Source: Tubulanus polymorphus (Eukaryota > Animalia > Nemertea). Taken from it: a DNA stretch of 64,000 bases. The notes beneath the pieces are model-generated. The model made no database searches, had not been told where the DNA came from, and saw only the letters and a program-made list of their open reading frames with translations. A program made the translations under genes and the position numbers. Shown in pieces: positions 1-13,048 of the stretch. Positions within the stretch are counted from its first letter, which is position 1. Each line of letters begins with the position of its first letter. The stretch spans positions 27,490,560-27,554,559 of the forward strand of contig NC_134027.1 of assembly GCF_964204645.1 (NCBI RefSeq), given 5' to 3'.

Positions 1-2136
1 GAACAGAAATCGTTGATGTATTCAATTTCTCCGGGTCATTACTCGTAACTTGTCATCAACAAGTTATTAAGCGTCGTGTATATATGTATGTCTACTGAGA
101 GGGCAGTTAGCTTTATCGAATTTGATTACACACAATTTTCTCCTAGAGCTCCGGTGCGAAGGTTAACGGAAGAATTTTGACGCCGAGAGCGGTTCCTGGT
201 CTCCGTCACTGTGCGCGACGTCTTACCTTCCAATTGGACCGGAAATAGGCTCGGCGGGGCCGTTAGGAATGCAATTCGGATAAATGATAAATTGTTTTTT
301 TTTAAGAAAGGCGCCTCATCCGCATCAGCGCCACGAGGGAATTTATTTTCTTAGCATTCAAAAAATGTGAAATGTTTTTTTTTCAAATCTGGTAAGCAGT
401 GCTGTTCCTCTGTCGTCATTAGCCTCGTTATAACGCACTAGCGACGGCTAGCAGGCGTAATACTGGTTTATACCGAGGAGACACTGAGTGAGAAGTGCTG
501 CCAGGTTTTATAACTCAGCTCGTAAAATGTAATCACACTGACATAACAAATCAACGACTGTTTTTAGCGAACGTCGCACAAATTAGATTAGTGGCAATCT
601 AGAATATGTCTGTTACAGTTATCGTCAGGTGTATGAGGTCAAACTGGCTTTTACTGTTCAGAGCAACCACCGCAGCCGCAGCCGCAGCTCGCATGCACAC
701 AGTCGACGTATAACACGTCGACTTCCTGGCGAACACGACATTTCACATTGAGATGGAAGGGTTCCGGCGTGTTGTGGAAGTATCCCTGACATCACTGAAT
801 TCTCTACACAAGAAACATTCAATCATCGCCGACTAATTTCACTGCGAGGTTACATTGAATCTTTCAAATTGTCATTAGAATTCAGTTCAGGACATGCACA
901 GCAGGGGGCTCTCAGCGCTAGACCTAATCAACGATTTAAAATCAACGGTCATTAACGGCTGAAATAATTTGAACACAGCCTCTGAGAAGCTAATGGTTAA
1001 TCCTTTAGAAAATGAAGTTTTCCCGGATCACGTTTAGATAATGACGTTAAGAGGTTTACAGATTGGAGCCGGGTCTTTCCAATCACTTCCAGTCGTGTCT
1101 GTTCCTAAGTCGGGTTTATAGACTGGTATCTTCAACCGTAGTTTGTGAAACCCCCGGGTTGAGGTCTTTCCGCGTAACTGGGTCGAGCCGGGGCGGTCCC
1201 TGTTCCTGTTTAGAGCTAATGGAATGATCTTCATCCTCACGAATCTCGAGGCAGATACAGCCGACCGCTTTGATGTCCCCAACATTGTAATCTTAAAGAT
1301 TTTCAGGGGACTCTGTGCCCTTCTCCGTGGTGATGTGATGCTGGAATGAGTAACCGGGAATGGAGGCGGCTTCTGCCTCTGATATTTCTTCTCTCCAACT
1401 ATATAAAACCGGTATCATAGAATAACATGCCTCCCCTTCATACCCCCCCCCCCTTACAATATTTCTCAGGATTAAGGGTATGGGTTAGGGTCAGCAGTTC
1501 CATTAAGACTCTTCACTAAATCCGTCAATCCATTGTTGGGGAGTATCTGATTCTATGACTCCGGTAAGTCAGCCATATTGGAATTACACCACGCAGTTCC
1601 GTTCCGTACTGCGGCCCGCACGGTATTATATTCATATCTATAAGTGTTGTTTCTATGAAACGGATCTGTTGATGATGACAGACGGTAAGCAATCTCGATA
1701 CGGTTTCCGGACTCGCGCGTCTTAAGCAACGAAAAAAAAAACAAACTTTCACAGATTTTTATTGCACTTCTCGCGGCTCCGATCTTTCCACGCTATTAAT
1801 TACATTGAGTGAGTAAGGAGGCTTTTTGTCGGACAGCGCGAAGAAAAATCTCCATTCACCCGAAAATAGTCGATCAGCCGAGAATGATATATGACCGATG
1901 ACAACATCAGTTGAATCGGCTTTACCCGGATCAGTTCTCGATCATACTGTGTGATCTGATGACAATGATGAATAATGGCGGTTTATATTAGTTCATTCTC
2001 TTGCACTGATTTCAACAACGTAGCGGTCATATTTGTAGTCAGTAAAATAGTTCATAAACTAATTCTTCCAACTCGGGAAACATGTCATATGATGGACCAC
2101 ACTAGATGGCGGATGTTTCGGGTTTCCCTCTACCAG

Positions 2137-2256
2137 GGCTACTCCGGGTGTCTCCTACCTGATCCCAGTCACTGTGGCTACTCCGGGTGTCTCCTACCTG
2201 ATCCCAGTCACTGTGGCTACTCCGGGTGTCTCCTACCTGATCCCAGACACTGTGGG
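2137..2256. repeat. 39 bp tandem repeat x3
   Basis: GGCTACTCCGGGTGTCTCCTACCTGATCCCAGTCACTGT. Confidence 0.9.
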
Positions 2257-2302
2257 TGTCCTACGAATCACCTATCTACCACCCTGGCTATACTCGAGGT
2301 CC

Positions 2303-2415
2303 TGGATCCAGTTCCACAGTTCTGAGTTAGAGTTATAGTTACCTCTGAGTTAACATTAGTTCCTTTTCAATGAGTTAACTCTGAGTCAAATATAAACTAC
2401 GAAAATGTGGGTCGA
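2303..2415. mobile_element. GGATCCAGTTCCACAGTT-type MITE; relatives at 8969-9080, 19634-19727, 23765-23860, 25533-25645, 29780-29870 and 61910-62042
   Basis: Inverted arms CAGTTCCACAGTTGTGAGTTA...TAACTCACAACTGTGGAACTG around a conserved TTAGTTCATTTTCAATG core. Confidence 0.72.
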
Positions 2416-3443
2416 GGACAATGTGACCACCCTGTGTTCGCTGCAGTCTGGTACGCGGCGGTTTTTCCTGGTTTTATTGACCATCTGGTACAAGGCGTAT
2501 CACAATCATATTAGACACAGTCATCACTGTGCGGGTATTTTATCGGATAATTTGTCTGGTAAGATGTGAATAAAACCTGACGTTTATTTGCAGACTACAG
2601 TTGATCAGCAGTCAGTAATTGTATTGTCGATAGAGATTCGCCATCCTGGTCACATACTCGTCGTTTCAGTGATCAATTCAGTATCTTTCCGTTGATTTTC
2701 AATTCCATTCGATGAGACTCTGAATGATCCAGTATTAACAATAGGGAGATTCAATTCCACCGTAAAATAGTGACTTTTAGTCTTAAAAATCTTCTAGGTT
2801 TATTCTAAACTGACGTATAGGGGCCAGATTTCACACAGATTGAGACCCGTCTGAGACCATCTTAGTCGCATAGACAAACTTAACTTAAAAGATCAGACTT
2901 AAGCTTTAAAATCACTTTCATACTTAATTCAGGACTGTGTAATCGGAAGTTGCACATTTTTAAGACACGTCTTAGTTTCATAAACCGATCAAACAAATAA
3001 AGACCAGTCTTAAGATTGAAGACCATTTTGCGGCTGGTCACTGCTTGGAGTAATCAGACTTCAGTCAAGGTCTTTGAAACAGGATCAATTGTTTCAACTG
3101 TTTCGTGCGAATTATACTACGATGGATGATTAAAGTAACTGAAAAATTAGAAAAAAGATTCGTAAACTTCGGTGTTGTATGGCACGCAGTGGGTTGTGGG
3201 TGTTGTAGGGCACGCAGTGGGTTGTGATTCTGAAACATTTCTGCATCATTTCATCACGATCAGTATTCTGATCAGCCGATCCGTGTAATATACACCAGTG
3301 ACTAATTGAATAAACAGCACATCAATAAAAACTGACAGAAAAATTAATGTAGAAACTTTCAGCTGCAGCCGCCGCCGAGACTGCAGGCTTATTTATCGGA
3401 GGGTCTGAGCGCGTCATACTGGCCGTCAGTGCAAATCCCTGCG

Positions 3444-3651
3444 CAGGCGCGGATCCAGGACGATAGTTAGGGGTAGCACAAAATCAAAAGGGCAGGCAAT
3501 ATTTTAGTAGGGCACTATCCCCTTCAGATGCAATTTCCAAGCACATGGGATTCTTTCCGCCAAATAAAAACATAGTAATAATTTTCGGGGGCACTTAGAA
3601 AATCTAGAGGGTAGCACGTGACCCATGTGCTGCCCCCTAGATCCGCGCCTG
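3444..3651. mobile_element. Non-autonomous DNA element with 12 bp TIR and 5 bp TSD
   Basis: CAGGCGCGGATC...GATCCGCGCCTG, with CTGCG directly on both sides. Confidence 0.75.
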
Positions 3652-5123
3652 CTGCGCCTTATTCCGGTCAATGTGACATGAGTGTATGACCAAGCATAAA
3701 ATGTCTATAGATGCCACTGATGACTGTAGAGGACAGCGTGACTTTAAGGGACAATGTCAATGTCTGTAGATCTGAAGGACAGTATATAATGTGTATCTGT
3801 AGGACAGACAGAGCGACAGTTTCTATTCAAATCACGTATATATCCATTTGTTATCCGCAGCGAGTTAATTAACAGACCACGTGACGCTGAATATGTTGTT
3901 AATGTTGTTTATTAATCAACTATATAAGACGCGACAAATAAACCCAGCGGGGGGTCGCTGTTAGTTTTCTTATCTTATTGATTAAAAAACTTATTGTCAG
4001 TAGATTGGCAATTTCGCGGATATGTAACCGATGTAGGTTTCACCCGCGGCTGTAGAAAGTTTTGTTTGTGAATGAATTGATTTTCGGTTGGCTGATGATG
4101 TTTCAATCTGTTGTAATTAACTAATCTAATTATTATTCATATTTCATTCATAAATATCGAAGCCGTGATGTAACACAATTAGCAGATTATATCACGTCTG
4201 ATTGAACCCTCCTCTCGCTGCTGCTGCCGCTGCCGCTGTCGCTGCTGCCGCTGCTGCCGCTGCCCGGTGACGAGGGTCGAGAAACCTCCACAACACTGAA
4301 CTTTTAAATGAGCAAATTTTGTCAGTCATTCAATTCCGGTACGAGTGAGATTCTACTTGACAAGGGTTTATCGAGTGGACCAGTTAACCGTCAGGTGCTG
4401 CCGCTATACTCAACGTTAGCGGTATTTTCATACACTAACATGAGCCGACTCAAACATTTTCTCCCCAGGAATTTAGTTTTAAAAATGGATAAATTGTGAG
4501 AATATACCTTTATTTCATTCCTAATTGCAACTAGGAAAGTGCCCACAATAGACCTGAATGCATCTAATTCATCAAAGTTCCCGCTTTGCGAAACGGACTG
4601 ATGACGTCATTACGGGCCACGTAAATGCGTGTAAGTTGTGACCCCCATGTGCACTCTTTTCCCAAAGCTAGATCCGACTCTGTCCCTCTCGGCCCGGGGG
4701 CCTGGTGCCGGCTCGGGTAACATCATAAGATCATGCCCAGCAGTTGCTAGTACAATCACAGACTAGTCTAAATTTGAAATGAAGTAATGAATAAATTAAC
4801 GACGTTCTCAATAAATCAATGTATTACACATTTTAAACGAGAAAGCGATCAATAATAACTGATAGAATGAAGTCTCTGGAGGTTTTACATTCCATCTCAT
4901 TATCTGATATTGTATAATTGGATGACCAGAAGTTAATCGACCCACATATTTGAGACAAGCATTTCACACGAAACAATGATGAATTAGTCCCAAAGTAATA
5001 GACAATCTACTGAGCTCTCCGTGTATATCGCTGCTTAGTCACAGTCATATACTGCGTCTACCATGTCTGATAGAACGTGGTTCAAAACAGTTCAATTAGG
5101 AAATAACTGGGTTTTAAATTCCA

Positions 5124-5245
5124 GGGGCCAGTTGCATAGTCACGGCTTAGACCGACTTAGTTCTATAGCCAAGCTAACACCTTAAGTCCAGTGTTAAGGT
5201 TTAATGCCACTTTTGAACTCAAGTCGCGACTGTGCAACTGGGCCC
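5124..5245. mobile_element. GGGCCCAGTTGCA-type MITE (PIF/Harbinger-like); relatives at 11773-11900, 13779-13910, 16560-16690, 17246-17365, 18712-18838, 60321-60461 and 60463-60580
   Basis: Inverted termini GGGCC(C)AGTTGCA(C/T)AGTC / GACTGTGCAACTGGGCCC with internal CTTAAGAC/GTCTTAAG palindromes. Superfamily is inferred. Confidence 0.7.
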
Positions 5246-5747
5246 AGATTTTAAGATTAAAAAGCAAAAAGAAGAAACGGAGACTATGTAGAAAACCGAT
5301 GATTATTAGAACTAGACAAAGATGTGTAAAACCATGCTACTCAACTCAACTCATTATTATCGAATGGTGTCAACTTGTGTGAGAAAATAACTATAATCAA
5401 CACGAACTATAATTCTGAACTTAACCCGCGAGAAGTGAATAGTTAAAATCAATTTCAGTTTCAGTAATTTGTTTACAATAAGACGACATTTACTCTTTCC
5501 CTCCCTCTCTCTACCTCTTCCGCTCTTCCTCCCTGTCTCCTCCCCCTCTCTCTCACGGCAGTTTCCTGTCCACTCTGAATTCATTTCAGCAGCACCAGCA
5601 CCATCTAATTTGTATCAGGATTCTCAGAATTTTAGAAGTGTATCAAATCAATGTTATAGTTAACATTTCGTTTATTCCATTTCATTCAATGGTGGTTGTC
5701 GGAGAATAGCAATTTTGGTCCCATTCGTGAAGAACGGCGGTTGTCGG

Positions 5748-5950
5748 ATTCCCTCTAATGCCACACCTCCCCTTCCCTCTAAACCCACACCTCCCCTTCC
5801 CTCTAATCCCACACCTCCCCTTCCATATATCCCACACCTCCCCTTCCCTCTAACCCCACACCTCCCCTTCCCTCTAACCCCACACCTCCCCTTCCCTCTA
5901 AACCCACACCTCCCCTTCCCTCTAACCCCACACCTCCCCTTCCATATATC
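5748..5950. repeat. ~24 bp C-rich minisatellite x~8
   Basis: CCCCACACCTCCCCTTCCCTCTAA. Confidence 0.9.
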
Positions 5951-6321
5951 CCCTCACATACACATATATCCTATCCCCACTCCATCAATCTTGTTCTTAC
6001 AAAATATCAATGAGAGTCAGTGATTATTGAAGCAGCTGCTGCTGCTGCAATAACTCGAGTCGTTTATCTGTTTTACATGTTTCACTTTCTTCAAAGACTT
6101 CGATATGAACTTAAAAAGCCGCAGATAAAACGATGTTTCTTTATTTTACGATATTTAAATGTCAAAGCGTCTCGTACGTATAAACGGGATATCTCAATGA
6201 TAAAATCAGCTGCTCTACATAGCAGGCTTCTTAAGGGCTCTCTATTGCAAAAATAGAACAACACCTGACTCGAACCCGGAAAGCGCGACATTCACCAAGG
6301 TCATCATTTTCTGTTGCTACA

Positions 6322-6530
6322 CCCTGGAATCACTACAGCCCTGGAATCAGAGGAATCACTACAGCCCAGGAATTAGAGGAATCACTACAGCCCTGGAATC
6401 AGAGGAATCACTACAGCCCTGGGATCATAGGATTCACAACAGCCCTGGAATCAGAGGAATCACTACAGCCCAGGAATCGGAGGAATCACAACAGCCCTGG
6501 AAGGAATTACTACAGCCCAGGAATCACACT
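6322..6530. repeat. ~26 bp minisatellite x~8
   Basis: CCCTGGAATCAGAGGAATCACTACAG. Confidence 0.9.
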
Positions 6531-9436
6531 GGAAACTGATACGTTTATAACGCGAGTTATTGCTGTTAATTTTCCGCTGAAACGACCAGAGTTCCAGATG
6601 AATGATTTTCAGAAAGATTATGATGAAATGAAATAAATCACCATCAGTTCCGTTACTGTATCTGAAAAGAGATCCTTGGAAAAACAATGCGTTTTATCAC
6701 AGTAAGACTAATAGCGGTAACTGTGAAATCAGGTCACTTCAGTTAAACACGTCTCAGTTCTAATAATTGAGAATTCATTTTCGATATAAACTTAGAATTC
6801 AGAGTCCTGTATCCAGAACTGTGGAACTGAGTCCAGAATCGTGGAACCGGGTCCTGAACTGTGGACATGGGTCCAGAACTGTGGAACTGGGCGCCAATAT
6901 TGTGAACTGAGTCTACAGTAACTGTGGAAGTGGATCCAGTAACTGTGGAAGTGGATCTAGTTCGACGGTAACACTTGAATATGGAGCAGACACACATATA
7001 TAAATTGTGTCTCTTTATGGATGTGAAAATCTAGTTCCATATGCGATCATCAACATCGAATATGCGTGATCACACTCGTGATCACTCGTCGCGCGCCTGA
7101 GTCTGCGTGATCACACTCGCGCGCCAGTGCCTGCTGTTCTCTCTGTGTATGTGTGTATGTCAGGATCGAGAATTCTCGGACGATCATTTTTAAGAAACTG
7201 CTGCTGTTACATCATGCAATAAATGTCCTCGAGGTACGGTCCTGACGACCAGTCTGATTACAACAATTTAAATCTGTAATTCTCGCTAATTGGTTTTACC
7301 TTTCGATCCCGCGGGCTAAAGGACGTAGATTCTAAATGCGGTGTTAAAAAAGGAAATCGTTCATCGCTTCCTTTCGACTGACTTCGTATCAGCGAGAATA
7401 AAATCATCGGTCGTTTTAGGTTAAAAATCCATAGAATTCCGCCGGGAACTCGTGTGTCAGAATCTTACATCGTCCGGGTTAAAATCAGTCAAATACACTT
7501 CATATTTAGATGTAAGCGACTAATGGTAAAAATAACGTGAAAACTCAATGTTAAATAGATTGATTGTGACAGGTGCACGAAGTAGCTGCATCAAGTACCT
7601 GCTTCTTATTGAATATAGCATTAACTGATATGGACAACGTCAATTAAGCGACTTTCAGTCGATATGTGTTTAAATATTACAAACCATTAGATAGACTTTA
7701 AACAGACGGCGGTGAGAGGAGGGAGGGGGGCATTGAAAATACATTCTATTATCCAGGATGTTTTATGAGTATCGGTTTGAAATGTAATTATTTGAAAGAG
7801 CTTTGAGAATTACTGGTCTGGGTTCATAGTGGGTGAGAGAGAGGAGAGAGGGGAGAGAGGGAGAGAGAGGGGAGAGAGGGAGATAGAGGGAGGGAGAGAG
7901 GGGGAGAGGAGAGAGGGAGATAGAGGGAGGGAGAGAGGAAGAGAGGGGAGAGAGAGAGGGAGGGGTAATGTTGCCCATTGATATAATTAGTCCACGCCTT
8001 TCAGTCGTCAAGGGAACTGAATAGTAAAATGAAGTACCTTGAGTCTTATCTACACTGAATTCTACGCGTGAAATATTTCAGTTTAAATTTATATTAACAC
8101 ATTTTTAAAACGCATTTAATCGATTAGAACCACAGGATGTTATATAAATGAATGAAGGGGAATTCGGAGTAAAAGTAATTTACACCGAAATCTTTTCATC
8201 AACAGTTTATACGTTTCCTGTGAACCTCGTGTGTGAGCCATTCATTGAGAGGAAATCTGAGAGGAAAGTACCTTGTCACCTCGCAGTACTCCACAAGTTG
8301 GAGTACTCCAAGGTGTCACACACCCAGACATTGGACTCTCGATATAGATTTACTATGAGATCGATATATCGTAAGATCTCGAGACATTCCGCGTGTGTAC
8401 AGTTCGTGTTGAGATCGCGTTAAATTATTCGCAGTCACGAAGTTTGAAGACGATGAAATTAGTTTGAATTTCCTGACGCGTCACGTGTTTAGACTCGTTA
8501 AAACATCAGTAAATCAAAGGTGTTCGATATCAGTAGCTAATTCTGATACGGATGGGGAGGGGAGGTGCAGGGGCGCCGAATGAGGGGGATCTCAACCGGA
8601 CGTGATCTACACCGTGATTTACATCACGACATCGATAAAATCGTTACTCTTTGAAACCGACGATTCCCTTTTACCTCAACGGCTTCCATAAAAACCATCC
8701 TTGCACCTTCGCGGCTTCCATAAAAACCGCCTTTACAATTTAAAATTCTCTTTTCTATAAAGTGAAAATTGAAAATATTCCATGACGTCAACCGTTTTTT
8801 TTTCGAAGATTTTTGGTTAATTTTCTGGAGCCAGTATTATCAAGTATTACAAACCCAGGGACCCGTAACATTGCATCGTCGCTTGCCAGGGGTCCCGAAC
8901 TCGCTTCCACCAGTTCGGGGACAGGTGAACTAATTTTCATAAGTCAAAAATAGCCGATCTAACAACTTGGACTCAGTTCCACAGTTGTGAGTTAATGTTA
9001 ACTCTGAGTTAAAATTAGTTCAATTTCAATGTTTTAACTCTGAATCAAATCTTAACTCACAACTGTGGAATTAGATCTTGATTCTAAAGTCTCATGATTT
9101 GATAAACCATTCTGCGCAAAAGTTAAATCAATTGGTTTGATTCTGCCTTCAACTGAGTTAAAAATGTCTCAATAAATTCAAATTTCCGGTGGTTTTAGAA
9201 TATTTATTTCACTATAAATAGAACAATTTAAGTTTTAAAGGAACCGTTATTAACCTGAGGTTAACTTATATTATTAGAAATCAATACGAGCTTTCGCGAC
9301 TGATGTAAAGTATCTTTGTCAGGTTGGAGTTTGTCTAGTGAAGCTACTATAAGTTCAGTAGCAATAGAAACTCGTTATTTCAAATAACATCATTTAAACA
9401 ATAAGTAATAAAACTGTTTCACTGATAGAACAGTAA

Positions 9437-9675
9437 ATTGTACATCACGTGTTCTGTATTCTATTGTACATCACGTGTTCTGTATTTTATGTATTGTACA
9501 TCACTTGTTCTGTATTATATGTATTGTACATCACTTGTTCTGTGTTATATGTATTGTACATCACTTGTTCTGTGTTATATGTATTGTACATCACTTGTTC
9601 TGTGTTATATGTATTGTACATCGCTTGTCCTGTATTCTATGTATTGTACATCACTTGTTCTGTATTCTATGTATT
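9437..9675. repeat. 30 bp minisatellite x~8 running into a splice acceptor
   Basis: TGTATTGTACATCACTTGTTCTGTGTTATA; the array ends at TGTAG (9680). Confidence 0.9.
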
Positions 9676-9680
9676 TGTAG

Positions 9681-11460
9681 TCGTAATGGCGTCGGATCGC
9701 TGCGAGATCACTAAAACATTCGGTCGTCTTGAGAAATGTTTACATCCACTCGGCCAAATAATACTCAACGATATTTTACCCGGTAAACTTACAAACGAAC
9801 AGTTTACCGACTTCTGTGAGACGTAAGTATTGCTCTGTACAATGTCAGTCTCCGCATGTCTGAGTCAATACTCTGTAAACACGAGACTATTGGAGATAGA
9901 CCGGTGATGAAAGAAATGAATACGATATAAGATGTTTTAACTAAACAATAACGTAGTTAAATTGAATCTTATGAATAAATAAATCGTGTATTGTAATAAG
10001 AATAGAATATAAATAGTTAAACAACTGATAGAAAAGATTTTAAAATCTATTTATTAATTGATTAAGAAATATTCATCGAAAATTAGCTGAGAGTTCTGGG
10101 AGGAATGAAATATATAACAGATAACAGCGATAGACCGTACGGTGCTGCCTCTATGCTCAGGATTAGCGGAATTTTCAAACACTAACCAAAAGCGACTATG
10201 GCAGTCAACGGCTACCCGACTGCCAAAGCTGGCTCAATTTAGTGTATGAAAACCCCGCTAACGATGAGCATAGTGGCAGCACCTGACGGTATAGCGAGTC
10301 AGCGGCGTCGAATAATAAATATCCATAGCATGTTTCTTTCTACAAAACAATATCGATTGATATTTTTTTCAGGAAGTACAGAAATCAAGCAGTTAGATGC
10401 GTAAGAAGAGAGATACTAGCGTGTCCACAGTACAGGAATCAGGGAACAGAATTTAGAAGAGCTTTCAAAGGAATCGATCGTATCTGTTCACAAAACGATA
10501 CTTACTGGAACGGTAAGAAGACACCGAATCGATTAAATTGATGTTCGTTTTGTATAAACGACACAGTTATATATTTTATTCATAGCTTTCATTTCTTTTT
10601 TTTTGTAGAATATGATTTACGTTCGGAGTGTATGGTGAACAGTTATAAATCGAGCTTACAATGTTTAGATGAGTATCGAGATTCTATTGAGAACAGAGCT
10701 ATGGCTAATATTAATGATGACAGTGACGAATGCCTGTAAGTACCGAGAACTGCTACAAACACGAACAACTTCCACAGTTCAATAATCAGTAAATCATAGA
10801 GTTTTATAACTCTAACTCCGAACTGTGGAAATGGATTCTTAAGGAAAACCAACAACCGGTTCTACCTAGTTCTTTCATATTTCTTGATAGTGCGGACCAA
10901 GATATTGCAAGTGGGTCAATAAACATAGATCGGTTATAATATTTAGAATCTAAATGAGCTCCAAGTAAAAAATTTGCAAATTTTGTTCATTAGAGTCCAA
11001 ATTAAACCCACAACACTGTGGAATCAAGCTGCTTGCATTTATGTGTAATTCAACCAAAGACTTGAGTATAGTTTACTATTTGTTGCGCAATTATAAAGAC
11101 GGAACACACTATGATAGTCGATATGTTTGCAATATGAATGTGTTTGTGTTGTTTAGATATTTTCTAGGCCGGTAGTTACATTGATGACGTGTTTTATATT
11201 TATCTAGGCCGGTAGTTACATTGATGACGTGCTTCAAGAGGATCTTATCGCCATGCGGGAATACAGTAGTCTCAATGCAACAGCACATGATGACATTATT
11301 AGCTACCACTGATATTATGGTCTGTTCGGATAGGGTTGTGTACGTTTCAGCACCAGCCATTAAAAAACCCAACAATGCCAGTCCTTTACAAAGCTTTAGT
11401 TTGTTATTCTATTTAGCCATTTCATCATTCGTTTTAATGACGCTTTTGAACAAGAGGTGA
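9681..11460 (+). CDS. Cys-rich, probably secreted/GPI-anchored protein (two 6-Cys helical-type repeats; DUF19/neuritin-like architecture), 5' exon not located
   Basis: Four exons with canonical AG/GT and compatible phases: 9681-9822, 10373-10512, 10609-10735, 11208-11460. Joined: VMASDRCEITKTFGRLEKCLHPLG...DFCETKYRNQAVRCVRREILACPQY...RICSQNDTYWNEYDLRSECMVNSYKSSLQCLDEY...DECLPVVTLMTCFKRILSPCG...MVCSD...NNASPLQSFSLLFYLAISSFVLMTLLNKR*. 12 Cys; small residues followed by a hydrophobic C-terminal tail. The family name is inference. Confidence 0.75.
10135..10289. mobile_element. ~155 bp palindromic MITE (CCGT...ACGG ends, often TA-flanked; Tc1/mariner Tc2-like)
   Basis: ~50 bp inverted arms CCGTNNGGTGCTGCCGCTATGCTCATCGTTAGCGGATTTTCATACACTAA. 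Partial copies at 4388-4445 and ~12300-12376. Confidence 0.8.
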
Positions 11461-13036
11461 AGAATAAGATATTCGTTTGTATAGGTTTGAAAATCTTCAT
11501 TTCAAATAGTTGTTGGATACAAGTGATTTATACAGTGACAATTTGTTAAACGGATAATCATAATGTGTGATATTAAGGCGACGTTAACTCCGACTTGGTG
11601 TCAATATTATTAGCTAATTAACACAGTTAGATGATTGATAATTAGCGAGCTCGGTGGATGTAGAAGGCACGATTGAATTGATATTGTGAAATGCCTTCGA
11701 ATTTAATGTGCATTTTGGTTCACAAAAAAGCACCAATAAGTCAGAAGAAAAATCAAGGTTTTCCGTTTACTGGGCCCTGCAGTTGCAAAGTCGATCTTGA
11801 ATTTTCAGACCTATCCAAGTTGTAACATTATCTATAGAACTGTTGGCTGTTCTTGGACTGGTCTAAAATATATTGAAGCCTTGCTTTGAAACAGACCCCC
11901 GATGAATTAAAGGTTCCCTCGCCGGCCTGCTCTACCCCCCAGGGTAAGGGTTACCCCCTAACGACTGTATCTGGTGAGGTTACGATGTGCTTGTAGCTTG
12001 CGAAGTAAATTTTAATTTAAAGAATAGTTTTGGAAGCTTTATATACGAATATTTTCTATTGAAATGAAAGGTGATGATGAAACGGCTGTTAGATTAGACA
12101 CTAATATTGTTTATCGCTGAGATCTGTAATTATATTCAATCGTTTGTTGAATTATTAATTGTATATTAAATGAATGCATAAGGAACATTATTTTGTAAAT
12201 GGATAATTTGTAATCGACAAATTGTGTAAATAAAAAATAAGCTAACAACTACGAGCTATTCGCAACATGTTTTCAGTTTTATCTTCTTGGGACAGAACGC
12301 GTTGATTGCCAGAGTTGGCACATGTTAGTGTTTGAAAATCCCGCTAACAATGAGCATAGCGGCAGCACCTTACAGTGCATTGACGCAGCGCTGCGGGTTT
12401 GAGAAATCCCGGGACAGCCCCGTACATCCTCTATACAGTATCAGGACCACTCTGAATCAGTGTCAGTAATCACTGGATTCGAACCCGGGACACCCCTGTA
12501 CATCCTCTATTCAGCATCAACCTCACTCTGAATCATCAGTAATCACTGGGTTCGACCCGGGGACACACCTGTTCAGCATCTCTGGTCAGTGATTAAAGTG
12601 CGTTCGAACCTGGGCCTGGGGCACCCCTGTACATCAAATCAGTACTTCTCCTAATAGCAAAGTTATTGAGTTCGAACCAGTGACGACCATATTCCGATAG
12701 ATGGCGAATGTGAAAATGTGGCTCATTTTAAAACTTTGATTTTGTCAACTGTAGATTGTAGTAGTTCATAAAATTCCAATAGATGGCGAGTACATCTACT
12801 GATTTTTCGACGTTGACGCACCGCGAGGAGTACTCCGAAACTCTCCTACCAGGCTACGGAATGAATATATGATAAACATTCCATTCAAGGGATCGATGAA
12901 GCCAATACAAGACCGGCTTTAAACTATCAAATATATCATATTCAAGATTCAGGCAATTATGATATTTTAACCCATCAAAACGATGGTAATTAAATATGGG
13001 ATTCGTACCTGATCAAAGAATCTGTCTCGACAAGCT

Positions 13037-13048
13037 TGCGCATGCGTG
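13037..13048. promoter_or_regulatory. NRF1/EWG-like site in the likely RPGRIP1L promoter
   Basis: TGCGCATGCGTG versus the consensus TGCGCATGCGCA, ~0.9 kb upstream of the first coding exon. Confidence 0.4.

Noticed and set aside
4660-4750. GC-rich segment considered as an HDV-like or twister ribozyme
   Set aside because: I could not assemble the required pseudoknot pairings by eye.
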